From: Longimicrobiales bacterium
GTDB lineage: Bacteria > Gemmatimonadota > Gemmatimonadetes > Longimicrobiales > Gaopeijiaceae
Length of the DNA: 64,000 nt
NCBI GenBank assembly: GCA_965204735.1
Contig: OZ242008.1
Span: forward strand, 3,488,001-3,552,000
Direction: 5' to 3'
Shown: piece after piece, positions 26,107 to 35,843 of the stretch
Numbering within the stretch: position 1 is the stretch's first letter
How the letters are laid out: each line of letters starts with the position of its first letter
The notes under the pieces: model-generated
Database searches by the model: none
The model's input: only the letters and a program-made list of their open reading frames with translations
What the model was told of the DNA's origin: nothing
Position numbers and translations under genes: made by a program

Positions 26107-28418
26107 CGAGCGAAGGAATGGGAGTACTTCACCATGATCGTCCGCCCCGACGACAGGGGCCGTCTGGGTCCGAGAGCGTCTCGCCCCGCGTGGTCCAGCC
26201 CCTCGTTGTACACCACCCACAGGTCCGTTCCCTCCCGGAAGTGGTACCGGAAGCGCACGTTCAGACTGGTCTCCCGCGTGGCGCTGCTGTACTGGGCGAA
26301 CGCGGTCGCCGAGGCGCGGGGGTTGAGCGCCGTCCTCAGCCGCAAGCGTCCCAGATGCGTCGTCGCGGCGCTTTCGCGACGGTGGAAGTCGTCGCGCCCG
26401 GAGGCGTCGTCGCGACTGCGGAAGTCGATTCGGTTGACCTCGTAGCCCGCTTCCGCCTCCACGTGCTTCGAGACGCTCCACACCGGGCCGAGCGACAAGC
26501 CGTAGCGCGTGCCGCCGTAGAAGCTGCCCGCCGAGAGGGCGTACTGGCCCCGAAACGGGCGGCTGCGGCCCAGCGTGAGGCGCGCGTTGGCTTCGTGGAA
26601 CCAGTACTCCCCTTCGGGAACGACGGTGGTCGAGATCGAGAACTCGTCCAGAATGTTCTCGTAGCTGCTGGTCACGCCGGCGGTGAGGCGCGCCCCGCCC
26701 CGGAACTCGAACTCGACTTCGGGCGTGAGCTCCCTGGACTCGGCAGCGCCGCTCTGGTTGCGGTAGTAGTGCGCGGTGCGCAGGTTGACGGCCCGCGAGC
26801 GCAAGGGCGACGCAGGGTCGCGAAACTGGCGGTAGCGCACGCGCCCGCCGCCGTAGCTGAAGTCCCGTCGCAGCTGAAAGCCCAGCCCGGGCAAGTAGTC
26901 CCGCCCTGCACGAACCGCTTCGCCTTGGTATGAGAAGCCTTCGTCCCGCCGACGCTCCCAACGGGCCCTTATCAAGCCCGATTCCAGCCCACCGGCTTGT
27001 GCGGCAGCCTGGTCGAAGGTGTGCGCCCACTGCACGAGCACGTACTCGTCGCCGAAGAGCCGCAACGTCGCGTCGAGTCCGTAGGCCACGTTGTTGCCGC
27101 CGTGGGAGCCCAGGCGCGTCGTAAGCATTCCGCCGACGGTCGAGTAGGGGTTGAAGACCTGCTGCCGCACGCGCAGGACGCCCATGTTCTCCGACGACCG
27201 ATCCCCGTGGGCGGCGGTCTGCATGTTCAGAACGCCAAAGTCCATGCCGCCGATCCGTCCCACTGCCCTTGCGCCTCCGTATATGCGCACGATCTCGCCC
27301 TGGTGGAGTCCGATCTGACGGCTGTGGAAGAGGCGGTTGAACCCCCCGCCCGTGTTGAAGTCGAACGTCGAAGCCCGCTCCTGGAAGAACTGGCGCTTCT
27401 CGGGGAAGAAGAGCGCAAAGCGAGTGAGGTTGATCTGCTGGTCGTCGGCCTCCACCTGGGCAAAGTCCGTGTTCGCCGTCAGGTCCAGCGCAAGGTTGGA
27501 CGTCGGCGAGTACTTGACGTCGATTCCCGCTTCCGCCGTCGGGTCCCGTTGGAGGCGCCAGGCTCCGCCTTCGATCTCGGCGACTTCGGGCAGGTAGGGG
27601 GTCTGGCGAAACCCCCCCGTCGCGTAGGGCGTGACGTACAGGGGCGTGGACTGCCTCACGTCCCTAAGCACGATCCTCTGCGCCAGGGAAGGTCTTGCGA
27701 AGCCGAGGCCTCCCCACTTGGGGTCCACGGCCGGGTACGTCTGACGTTCGTTCTTGCGCGCCACCAGGCGGTAGGTGATGAGCCCCATCGTCACCTCGCC
27801 GTCCTCCGTCTGGAACCCCAAGGTCGAGAAGGGAATGCGGAACTCGGCGTACCAGCCTCGGTGGTCCTCGCTCGTCTCCACGTCCCAGTAGGAGTTCCAG
27901 TCCTGGTTCATGGGCATTCCTGAAGTGAACTGGGCGTCGTTGGAGACTGCGCGGTCGTTCCGCACGCCCGCGGGGTTGGTCACGAACCAGACGGCGGTCT
28001 CGTAGTCGTTGTAGCTGTCGATCACCACGGCCACGATGTCGTCGCCGCTGTACTGGTCCCGGTAGAAGGTGTTGGTGCGGACTTGGTCGGGCTCCGAGTC
28101 CCACATCCGGCCGGATACGTAGAGGAAGCGGTCGTCGTGGGCGACTCGGATCTCCGTCTCCTCCGTGAGCGCGCCTCGAAAGACCGGAGTGTACATCGTC
28201 ATGGGGAGCGGTTCGACCTCTTCCCACGCGGGTTCGTCGACGACGCCGTCCAGGTTGATCTCGCCGGAGAGTCGGGAGACGACGATGGGTGCGTCGGCGC
28301 CGGCCCCCGACTGGTCTTGACCTTGTGCGGCGCCGGGCAGCGGAACCGCGAGCAGCGCGGTCGCGACGGCGACTTGGCCGACGCCTGCCCGCTTGGTGAA
28401 GTAGGCTCGAAGCGTCAC
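26103..28418 (-). CDS. CBM9-like plus DUF5916 outer-membrane protein
   Basis: LDGVVDEPAW, W.AEFRIPFSTL, LDLTANTDFAQVEADDQQINLTRF.LFFPEKRQFF; start inferred. Confidence 0.87.
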   Translation of the reverse strand: MTLRAYFTKRAGVGQVAVATALLAVPLPGAAQGQDQSGAGADAPIVVSRLSGEINLDGVVDEPAWEEVEPLPMTMYTPVFRGALTEETEIRVAHDDRFLYVSGRMWDSEPDQVRTNTFYRDQYSGDDIVAVVIDSYNDYETAVWFVTNPAGVRNDRAVSNDAQFTSGMPMNQDWNSYWDVETSEDHRGWYAEFRIPFSTLGFQTEDGEVTMGLITYRLVARKNERQTYPAVDPKWGGLGFARPSLAQRIVLRDVRQSTPLYVTPYATGGFRQTPYLPEVAEIEGGAWRLQRDPTAEAGIDVKYSPTSNLALDLTANTDFAQVEADDQQINLTRFALFFPEKRQFFQERASTFDFNTGGGFNRLFHSRQIGLHQGEIVRIYGGARAVGRIGGMDFGVLNMQTAAHGDRSSENMGVLRVRQQVFNPYSTVGGMLTTRLGSHGGNNVAYGLDATLRLFGDEYVLVQWAHTFDQAAAQAGGLESGLIRARWERRRDEGFSYQGEAVRAGRDYLPGLGFQLRRDFSYGGGRVRYRQFRDPASPLRSRAVNLRTAHYYRNQSGAAESRELTPEVEFEFRGGARLTAGVTSSYENILDEFSISTTVVPEGEYWFHEANARLTLGRSRPFRGQYALSAGSFYGGTRYGLSLGPVWSVSKHVEAEAGYEVNRIDFRSRDDASGRDDFHRRESAATTHLGRLRLRTALNPRASATAFAQYSSATRETSLNVRFRYHFREGTDLWVVYNEGLDHAGRDALGPRRPLSSGRTIMVKYSHSFAR

Positions 28419-28425
28419 GCGGGCT

Positions 28426-29250
28426 CTACGGCAACTTGCCCGCCAGCAGCTCGCTGACGGCTTGCGGGTTGTCGGCGTTGAGCCAGTGTCCGCCGGCGAT
28501 CTCGTGGTAGCGAACTCTCCCGACCGCCGCGGCCCGTTGCAGGCGGGCCGTCGCTTCCGCGTCGAAGACGCTGGACCGGGTCGCGACGACGACGTGGACT
28601 TCGGTGTCGGCAGGAGGATTCTCCACCACGTTCCAGGCGTCGGTGCGAAAGTAGTCGCGCAGCAGCGCTTCCATCTCGCTTGGATCCAGCCGCCACGTCC
28701 AGCGTTCCGCGCCGTCCGGGGTCGCGTTGAGCGCCATCCAGGCCGCCACGGCGGGCCGAAAGTCTTCCGCCTCCACCGCCGCCCGCGCGTCGCGGCGACT
28801 GGAGAACGGGCCCGTGCGCCGCAGCACGTCCAGCATCCGCCACGCTGTACCACCCGGCCTCCCGGCGCCCGGCGAAGCGTCGACCAGCCAAAGCTGGCGT
28901 GGCCCGACCCGTCCCATCCGGGCGCGAAGGAGCGCCACCTTGCCTCCGTAGGAGTGTCCCAGCACGGCGTCGGCGCGCAGCCCCAGTCGCTCCTCGAGGT
29001 CGAGGACGTCGCCGGCGCAGGATTCCAGCGAGTGAGGCGGGGAAAAGCCGCTCGACTGCCCGTGGCACCGCATGTCCACCAGCGCCACGCCCCAGTCCGG
29101 CCGTTCGGCCGTCAAGCGTTGCGCCACGGAACGCCAGTTCCGCCCGGAACCGTATATTCCGTGGAGCACCAGCATCAGCTTTTGCGGCGCTGTTCCGGCC
29201 CTTGCCACGACTTCGTGGTGGAGAACGCTCGCAACCGCTTCCGTCGTCAT
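28426..29250 (-). CDS. Alpha/beta hydrolase (ABHD11/YbfF-like)
   Basis: HGIYGSGRNW, DMRCHG, GHSYGGK, GHWLNADNP. Confidence 0.9.
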   Translation of the reverse strand: MTTEAVASVLHHEVVARAGTAPQKLMLVLHGIYGSGRNWRSVAQRLTAERPDWGVALVDMRCHGQSSGFSPPHSLESCAGDVLDLEERLGLRADAVLGHSYGGKVALLRARMGRVGPRQLWLVDASPGAGRPGGTAWRMLDVLRRTGPFSSRRDARAAVEAEDFRPAVAAWMALNATPDGAERWTWRLDPSEMEALLRDYFRTDAWNVVENPPADTEVHVVVATRSSVFDAEATARLQRAAAVGRVRYHEIAGGHWLNADNPQAVSELLAGKLP

Positions 29251-29313
29251 CGACTTGAAGTTGGCAGGAGCGCCGCGTCGACCAGCCGGGGACCGCCGCC
29301 CGGGCGCGCCTCG

Positions 29314-29700
29314 TCAGGGCAGCTTGCCCCCCGCCTGGAACTTCTTCACGACCGTCCACCCCAGCGCCTCGGTCACGCTGGCGGCAACCCCGGCCCGCAC
29401 CACGTTCCCGTACACCGGAACCCAGCGCAGCAGGATGCTGGAGGCGCTCTTGCCCATGATCCCGCCCAAGGCGGCATACAACGTCGAGCGCACGGCCGAC
29501 TCCGTGTAGGGCACGCCGAACTCGTCGGCCAGGGCCACGATCATGCCCACCTGAAGCGGGGCGATGGCCACGTAGTCGGACCCGGGGATCACCGAAGCCG
29601 CCGCAGCCACGCCGGCAGCCGTGGACGCCGAGTGGATGACGACCGCGCAGCGCCGCTCCTGCTCGGGCACGTACTTCCTGAACTCCTCCTTGAGCTTCAT
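29314..29700 (-). CDS. DUF697-like small membrane protein
   Basis: IPGSDY..IAPLQVGMIVALA..FG, WVPVYG..V.AGVAASVTEALG; GGAGG RBS. Confidence 0.75.
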   Translation of the reverse strand: MKLKEEFRKYVPEQERRCAVVIHSASTAAGVAAAASVIPGSDYVAIAPLQVGMIVALADEFGVPYTESAVRSTLYAALGGIMGKSASSILLRWVPVYGNVVRAGVAASVTEALGWTVVKKFQAGGKLP

Positions 29701-29737
29701 TTCGTTCCTCCGCGTCGGTCTTCCGTGTGTTCGCGCG

Positions 29738-32700
29738 TCAGCTCACCACCGGTGCCCGCCTGGGAAGCACTACGGCGGGCAGCCCCAGTCGTTCCACGGC
29801 GTCGTTGAAGCGCGCGAGCTCGTTGGCCAGCAGGTCCAGGTATCGGGTTCGAACGTCCTCCCACTCCTCCAGCAGGTCCTGGAAACGCTCCATCGTGCCT
29901 TGGTGCGGCGCACCGTCCGCACCTCCCGAAATATAGCCGTCGGCGCCGGTGATCCGTCCGTACAGCTCCAGCCACTGGTTGTCCAGCCGGGGCTCGAAGC
30001 GGATCGGGTCCTGGGGCGACTGGTTCTTGGTCTGCATCAGCTCTTCGGTGACGGCGGTGGACTTGTCGGCGACAGTGTCCGCCAGGGCTTGCAGCTCGCC
30101 GTCCAGCTCGGCCGTGCGCGCCCGCTCCATGACGCTTTCGACCTGCTCCCGGACGGCGGCGAGCGCCTCGACGGCCGCGGTGATGGAGTTGATGGAGTCC
30201 CGAGCCTGCGCGGCGACCCGGAACTGCTCCCGATAGCTGTCCGCCGAGACGTCCGGAACGCGGGGATCGGGCAGCAGCCGGAAGGTCCGTTCGGCAGTTG
30301 CCTCGCCCACCGTCAGGCGCGCCGTATAGAGGCCCGGCGGCGCGACGACGCCCCCGGCGTATCCCCACTGGACCGCCCCTTCCGGAAGCTCGGGGCCCGG
30401 GTAGCTGAAGGTCCAGGCGACTCGGTTCAGCCCGGCTCCCTTGTCGATGTGCTCGACGCCTTCGGCCTCGGCAATGGTCGAGTCGGACGTGAACGTACGT
30501 ACCACTTCGCCTTGAGCGTCCACCACGTCGAGCCGCACTTCTTTCTCCGGCTCGTCGGCCACGTAGTAGTGGATCTGCGCGCCGGCCGGCCGCGGCGCCG
30601 GATTGAGCTCCGAGAGCCCGGCCGGTCCCACGTTGGTGAGCCGGTGGACGTCCTTGGGCGTGAAGAGGTGGGTCCCGGCGGCGACGGCCTCCTCGATCTC
30701 CCGGAGAGGGCTGATGTCGTCGAGAACCCAAAACGAGCGCCCCTGCGTCGACACGATCAGGTCGTCGTGGGCGACGCGCATTCCGGTGATGGGCGTGACG
30801 GGCAGGTTGCGCTGGAAGCTCTGCCAGGAGTCTCCCGCGTCGAAGGACGCAAAGACGCCGAACTCGGTGCCTGCAAAGAGGAGTCCGTCTCGCACCGGGT
30901 CCTCCCGAACGGTGCGCACCGGGTGGTCGTCGGGGATGCCGTTGGTCGCCAGCGTCCACGATGCGCCGTAGTCGTCGGTGCGGAAGACGTAGGGGCGGAA
31001 GTCGTCCATGCGGTACCTCTGCACGGCGACGTACGCGCGGCCGGGCCTGTGGGCCGAGAGCTCGATTTCGTCCACGGTGCCCAGCGGCGGCATCTCGGCA
31101 GGGGTCACCTCCGTCCATTCGACGCCTCCGTCCCGGGTGACGTGAATGCGTCCGTCGTCGCTGCCGGCCCAGATTTCGTCGGGCGCGAAGGCCGACTCGG
31201 CAATTGAGAACACCACGTTGAATATCTCGACCCCGGTGACGTCGGCGTTGATCGGCCCGCCGGACTGCTCCTGATGCTCGGGGTTGTTTGTGGTCAAGTC
31301 GGGACTGATCGTCTCCCAAGTCGCGCCCTCGTCGCGGGAGCGGTTCACGTACTGGGAGCCGTGGTACAAGGTTCGGTGGTCGTGAGCGCTCACCAGCATG
31401 GGCGAGACCCACTGGAAGCGGTGGCGCAGGTCCTTGGCAGCCATGCCGAGCTGAAGCTGGGGGTAGAGCATGATGTTGCGCCGCTGCCCCGTCGACAAGT
31501 CGTACCTGTCCATGACCCCGCCGTAGCACCCCGCATAGACGACGTGGGGCCGATCCGGGTCGAGGGCCACCGGCCCGGTCTCGCATCCGCCGACGTTTTG
31601 CCAGTGCTGCTTCGGGTACAACGTGTTCACGTCGGACCAAGCCGGCACGGAGATCGTCGTATTGTCCTGCTGAGCGCCGTACAGGCGGTAGGGGAAGCCG
31701 TTGTCCACGATCACGTCGTAGAGTTCGGCGGTGGGCTGGTTGAAGTAGGTAGACCAGCTCTCGCCGCCGTTGACGGTGACTTGTGCGCCGCCGTCGTTGG
31801 CCACGACCATGCGGGCCGGGTCGGACGGATGAATCCACAGGTCGTGCACGTCGCCGTGAGGCACCGCAATCGACTCGAAGGTCGTTCCGCCGTCCACGGA
31901 CCGGTACAGTCCCGTGTTGAGCGCGTAGACGGTGTTCGGATCGACGGGATCGGCCTGCACGTGCGTGTAGTACCAAGCGCGCTGCCGCAGCCTGTTTTCG
32001 GAGTTGGTGCGGATCCACGTCATGCCGGCGTCGTCGGAGCGGTACACGCCTCCGTCCGGCTCGGCCTCGACGATCGCCCACACGCGGTCCGGGTCCGCCG
32101 GCGACGCGCTGACGCCCACCTTGCCGACGATCCCTTCCGGCAGTCCGCCTTGGAGCTTGGTCCACGTGTCGCCCCCGTCGGCGGACTTGTACACGCCGCC
32201 TTCTTCGGCGCCCGAGATCAGCGCCCAGGGCTTGCGTTCGCCGCGCCACATGCCCGCGTACAAGACGCGCGGATTCGTGCTGTCCAGCGTCAAGTCGGAC
32301 GCGCCGGTGGAGTCGTTCAGCGCCAGCACGTGCTCCCACGTCGCTCCGCCGTCCCTGGACCGGAAGACCCCGCGTTCCGGGTTCTTGCCGAAGGGGTGGC
32401 CCAGCGCGGCAACGTAGACCAGGTCGTGGTCCTTGGGGTGCACCTCGATGCGTCCGATCTGTCCCGCCTCCGGCAACCCGATGAACGCCCACGCGCGCCC
32501 GCCGTCCACGGACTTCCAGGCGCCCCGCCCCGTCGAGGTGTTGCCCCGGATGTCCATCGATCCCTGCCCCACGTAGATGACGTTCGGGTCCGACGGCGCC
32601 ACCGCCACCGCGCCGATCGAGCCGCCGAACCAGCCGTCCGAGATGTTCCGCCACGACGCGCCGTTGTCCGTGGACTCCCAGACGCCGCCCCCTGTGACGC

Positions 32701-32974
32701 CCATGATCCAGCGGTCCGGGTCGTTCAGGAACCCGGCAGCAGCCGTCGAGCGGCCGCCCCGGTAGGGCCCCGCCATCCGGTAGCGGAGGTCCTTGAAGGC
32801 AAGCGTGTCGAAGGGCTGGGCCGGAGGGGCGGCCCCATGGGAGACGGCCCCGTGGGACGCCGCAGGTCCGGCGGAAACGACGGCGGAGGCGCCGACGGGG
32901 GCGCTCGCCGACAGCCCCGCGACAAGGACCGCGCAAGCGAGAACTGTCGAAGGCGGGCGGGTCAATGTGCGCAT
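29738..32974 (-). CDS. VPS10/BNR-repeat glycosyl-hydrolase-like secreted protein
   Basis: GPYRGGRS; many S.D.G.TW Asp-boxes; QRAWYY, HGDVHDLWI, WETISPDLT; C-terminal coiled coil. Confidence 0.9.
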   Translation of the reverse strand: MRTLTRPPSTVLACAVLVAGLSASAPVGASAVVSAGPAASHGAVSHGAAPPAQPFDTLAFKDLRYRMAGPYRGGRSTAAAGFLNDPDRWIMGVTGGGVWESTDNGASWRNISDGWFGGSIGAVAVAPSDPNVIYVGQGSMDIRGNTSTGRGAWKSVDGGRAWAFIGLPEAGQIGRIEVHPKDHDLVYVAALGHPFGKNPERGVFRSRDGGATWEHVLALNDSTGASDLTLDSTNPRVLYAGMWRGERKPWALISGAEEGGVYKSADGGDTWTKLQGGLPEGIVGKVGVSASPADPDRVWAIVEAEPDGGVYRSDDAGMTWIRTNSENRLRQRAWYYTHVQADPVDPNTVYALNTGLYRSVDGGTTFESIAVPHGDVHDLWIHPSDPARMVVANDGGAQVTVNGGESWSTYFNQPTAELYDVIVDNGFPYRLYGAQQDNTTISVPAWSDVNTLYPKQHWQNVGGCETGPVALDPDRPHVVYAGCYGGVMDRYDLSTGQRRNIMLYPQLQLGMAAKDLRHRFQWVSPMLVSAHDHRTLYHGSQYVNRSRDEGATWETISPDLTTNNPEHQEQSGGPINADVTGVEIFNVVFSIAESAFAPDEIWAGSDDGRIHVTRDGGVEWTEVTPAEMPPLGTVDEIELSAHRPGRAYVAVQRYRMDDFRPYVFRTDDYGASWTLATNGIPDDHPVRTVREDPVRDGLLFAGTEFGVFASFDAGDSWQSFQRNLPVTPITGMRVAHDDLIVSTQGRSFWVLDDISPLREIEEAVAAGTHLFTPKDVHRLTNVGPAGLSELNPAPRPAGAQIHYYVADEPEKEVRLDVVDAQGEVVRTFTSDSTIAEAEGVEHIDKGAGLNRVAWTFSYPGPELPEGAVQWGYAGGVVAPPGLYTARLTVGEATAERTFRLLPDPRVPDVSADSYREQFRVAAQARDSINSITAAVEALAAVREQVESVMERARTAELDGELQALADTVADKSTAVTEELMQTKNQSPQDPIRFEPRLDNQWLELYGRITGADGYISGGADGAPHQGTMERFQDLLEEWEDVRTRYLDLLANELARFNDAVERLGLPAVVLPRRAPVVS

Positions 32975-33026
32975 GAGACTGTTTTCCTGGGTTACATGGG
33001 GTAGGTGGTCAAGCTAACGCGGCTTC

Positions 33027-34472
33027 CTAACGAGGACGAGAACCGCCCGCCAATCCCAGCGCCTCCGCCTGCCGTCGGATGTCGTCCTTGTCGCGAACGA
33101 GCAAGTGCGGATGCGTCGACAGCACTTGCGCAGGAAACCCTGCGGCCGGGTACGCCGAATCGTCCCCCTTCAGGTAGCGGTCCAGGAAGCCCAGGACCAA
33201 GTCGTTCTGCATCGCGGTGAATCGCTCGACGACCTCGGGGTCGCCCAGGAACGGCGCTGCGCCCGGCGCGCCCACCAGCTCCGACAGGTCGGACACGGCG
33301 ATGTGCTGAATGCCCGGCACCATGATCCTGTGCACGTCTGGCCGAAGCCCTGCGCGGGCCAGTCGTTCGTAGGCCAAGTCGCCGGCCGTGGGAGCGTCGG
33401 GACCGTACTCGCCGCGGTAGACGGGAGCGTCCGCCAGCGCCGGGGGCAGTCCCGCCAAGACCTGCGTCGGATCGGAGTTGAGCATCAGGAGCGGCGTGCG
33501 CACGTCGGCGTCCACGAGCTCCGCCGTCCAATATCCGCCGTCCAAGTTGACCGCGGCCTTGGCCCGAAGGTCGGTCTGGGCAAGCATCGCCGCGATGTAG
33601 CCGCCGTACGACATGCCCATGTAGGCCCGGACGTCGTGGTCGGTCGCCGCCGCAAGCGCCGCAACCTTGGCCGGCACGTCCTCGTCTTCCAGCCGATCCA
33701 CGACGAAGAGCACGTCGTCGCGCCAGACGGGCGCAAGCCGCCCGAGCGACGTTGCGCGCAGTCGTCGGAAGTAGCCGGGCAGCGCGTCCAGCGCCGTCGC
33801 CAAGTCGGGAGGATAGTGGACCGTCAGGGCAGACAAGTCGCCGCCGTACCGTTGCAGGTCCTGCGTGATCCTGGGCGACATCTTCAGCACGTCGCCGTCC
33901 GGATACGCCAATCCGCCCGATTCGTAAGGATGCCCAACCGAGACGATCACGTACCCGTTCGCCGCCAAGTGCTCGAACAACGCCGTCTGCTGGGCCGGAT
34001 ACGACGTGTACCCGTGGTTGTATCCGACAAGGGGAAAGCGCCCCTCCGCGGGCGCGGCGTCCTCGTATGAATTCGTAGCCAGCGCGGCGCAGTTGCGCAG
34101 TGCGTCGTCTGGCTGGCCCAGCGCCGTCATGAGGCCGCTTGCCAGCGTCGTCATCTCCACCGGCGTGAAGTACGGTCGGCGAGCAGGGGGCGCGCCGGAG
34201 GCCGCGTCGGTAGTGCTCGGCGCGTCCGGGCGGTCGGCCGGGTACCAGGCGCGGACGTAGAGGCGTCGGTAGTCGGTCGGCGTCGGGGCATACTCCGTGC
34301 CGCGCAGCCAGTCGGTGACCGCGAACTCGGTTGTGCCTACGGCGTACGGGCCTTCCACGACGGGCCAAGCGCTGCAGTTGGCGTCGTAGGGGTAGGGCTC
34401 TTGGCCATGGGCGCGCGGCGGCTGCGCCACGAGCAGCAGAAGAACGCCGATCGGGCAGGTCGCGCGATTCAT
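33027..34472 (-). CDS. Secreted PAF-acetylhydrolase-like alpha/beta hydrolase
   Basis: GPYAVG, RAWYPA, NHGY, HLAANGY, GMSYGG, VNLDG; ATGA overlap with the upstream stop. Confidence 0.85.
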   Translation of the reverse strand: MNRATCPIGVLLLLVAQPPRAHGQEPYPYDANCSAWPVVEGPYAVGTTEFAVTDWLRGTEYAPTPTDYRRLYVRAWYPADRPDAPSTTDAASGAPPARRPYFTPVEMTTLASGLMTALGQPDDALRNCAALATNSYEDAAPAEGRFPLVGYNHGYTSYPAQQTALFEHLAANGYVIVSVGHPYESGGLAYPDGDVLKMSPRITQDLQRYGGDLSALTVHYPPDLATALDALPGYFRRLRATSLGRLAPVWRDDVLFVVDRLEDEDVPAKVAALAAATDHDVRAYMGMSYGGYIAAMLAQTDLRAKAAVNLDGGYWTAELVDADVRTPLLMLNSDPTQVLAGLPPALADAPVYRGEYGPDAPTAGDLAYERLARAGLRPDVHRIMVPGIQHIAVSDLSELVGAPGAAPFLGDPEVVERFTAMQNDLVLGFLDRYLKGDDSAYPAAGFPAQVLSTHPHLLVRDKDDIRRQAEALGLAGGSRPR

Positions 34473-35629
34473 GACTCGCCCCTGTTCGGGTCCCCCGCCA
34501 CGAACTTCTGGACACGGCGGCCCGTGGACGCCTCGCCCACGTAGATGTTGCCTTGCGAATCCACGTCCATCCCGTGGGGGCGGATGAACTGGCCCGCCTG
34601 GCGTCCGCCCCGACCGAACGCGCCCACGATCTCCAGCTCCGACCGACGCAGGACCCACACCTTGTGGTTGGTGCCGTCGGCCAAGTACAGCCAGCGCTGC
34701 TCCTCGTCCGGCGACAGCGCCACCACGAACGCCGAGCCCGACGCCCGCGTGAGGGGCGCCACCGTCTTCTCGGTCACGAACGCGCCGTCCTGCCGAAAGA
34801 CCTGGATGCGGTTGCCCCGGCGGTCGGCGACGTAGATCAAGCCGTCGGCGGAGCCCACCAGCCCGTGCACGGTGGAGAATTGGGGCGGCGGCGGACTCTC
34901 TGCCGTGCGGGCGGCGTAGTCGTACTCGGCCTCGTCGTCGGGAGGCTCCCCGTAGGCGCCCCAGTGGCGGATGTATTCGCCCGTTTCGCCGTCGAAGACG
35001 ACCACGCGACGGTTTCGGTAGCCGTCGGCCACGAAGACCTCGTTCGTCTCCGGGTCCACCCAGACGCCGGCCGGGCCGCCGAGGAGGACGGCGTCGTCGC
35101 TGCCGCCGGTCGCGTCGTACTCGCCCAGGGTCGCCAAGTGTTCGCCGGAGCGCGTGAACTTCATGACCCGGTGGTGGCGGTACGTCCCGATCCACACGTG
35201 CTCGTCGTGGTCGACGAAGAGGCCGTGGGCGTTGCGGGGGAACACGGACACGTCCTGGGTCGCCGGGTCGCCCCAAGCCTGGACGACGGCGCCCGCCGGG
35301 TCGAGCTCGATCACGACCGGCGCCGGAACGCAGCATTCGCCGATCGGCGGGTCCTGGACGGCGGCGGCCTCTTCGGGAGTCAGCGTCTCGGGCAGGTGGG
35401 TGATCCAGACGTGGTCCCGGGCGTCCACGAACACCGACGTGATCGGCCCCAGAATCCAGTTGTTCGGCAGCTCCTGGGGCCAGGAAGCGTCCACGCGGAA
35501 GACGGGGGGCTCGTCCGACGAACCCGGCGCCGCGCCAGGCACCCGGCTCTCGGAAGCGCACGCGCCGGCAAGCGCAGCGGCGACGGCGAAGGCGGAGAAT
35601 CGGGCAAGGAAGCGACCGAAGCGACTCAT
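34469..35629 (-). CDS. NHL-repeat lipoprotein (peptidyl-alpha-hydroxyglycine lyase-like)
   Basis: LAGAC lipobox; VDASWP, HGLFVD, FVADGYRNRRV, YVADRRGNRIQVF, PHGMDVDSQGNIYVGE. Confidence 0.87.
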   Translation of the reverse strand: MSRFGRFLARFSAFAVAAALAGACASESRVPGAAPGSSDEPPVFRVDASWPQELPNNWILGPITSVFVDARDHVWITHLPETLTPEEAAAVQDPPIGECCVPAPVVIELDPAGAVVQAWGDPATQDVSVFPRNAHGLFVDHDEHVWIGTYRHHRVMKFTRSGEHLATLGEYDATGGSDDAVLLGGPAGVWVDPETNEVFVADGYRNRRVVVFDGETGEYIRHWGAYGEPPDDEAEYDYAARTAESPPPPQFSTVHGLVGSADGLIYVADRRGNRIQVFRQDGAFVTEKTVAPLTRASGSAFVVALSPDEEQRWLYLADGTNHKVWVLRRSELEIVGAFGRGGRQAGQFIRPHGMDVDSQGNIYVGEASTGRRVQKFVAGDPNRGES

Positions 35630-35843
35630 GGCTCCTCCAGGCGAAGCAACGGGAACGAAGGAATGGGAACCTACGGCTTCGGGAGTCGAACGCCAGCCTC
35701 CAGAGCACATCGAGCTTCCGAACGCGCGTCGCAGGTCTCGGGTGCGCGCCCGGTTGCGCCTCGGGGTCCGCGCTCCGTAACGTTCCAGCCCTGCAGCGTC
35801 GCAGCGGTCCAGAGACCATCCGCAAGCCGAGCCCTCGCACGAC

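Noticed and set aside
24805..27030. 741-aa extended HipA (possible fused antitoxin)
   Set aside because: The extension is an alternate frame of the DUF5916 gene, with no HTH features
35666..35690. Another GGAAC ECF-like promoter
   Set aside because: The downstream element does not match the GGAAC-N17-GTA pattern of the other three
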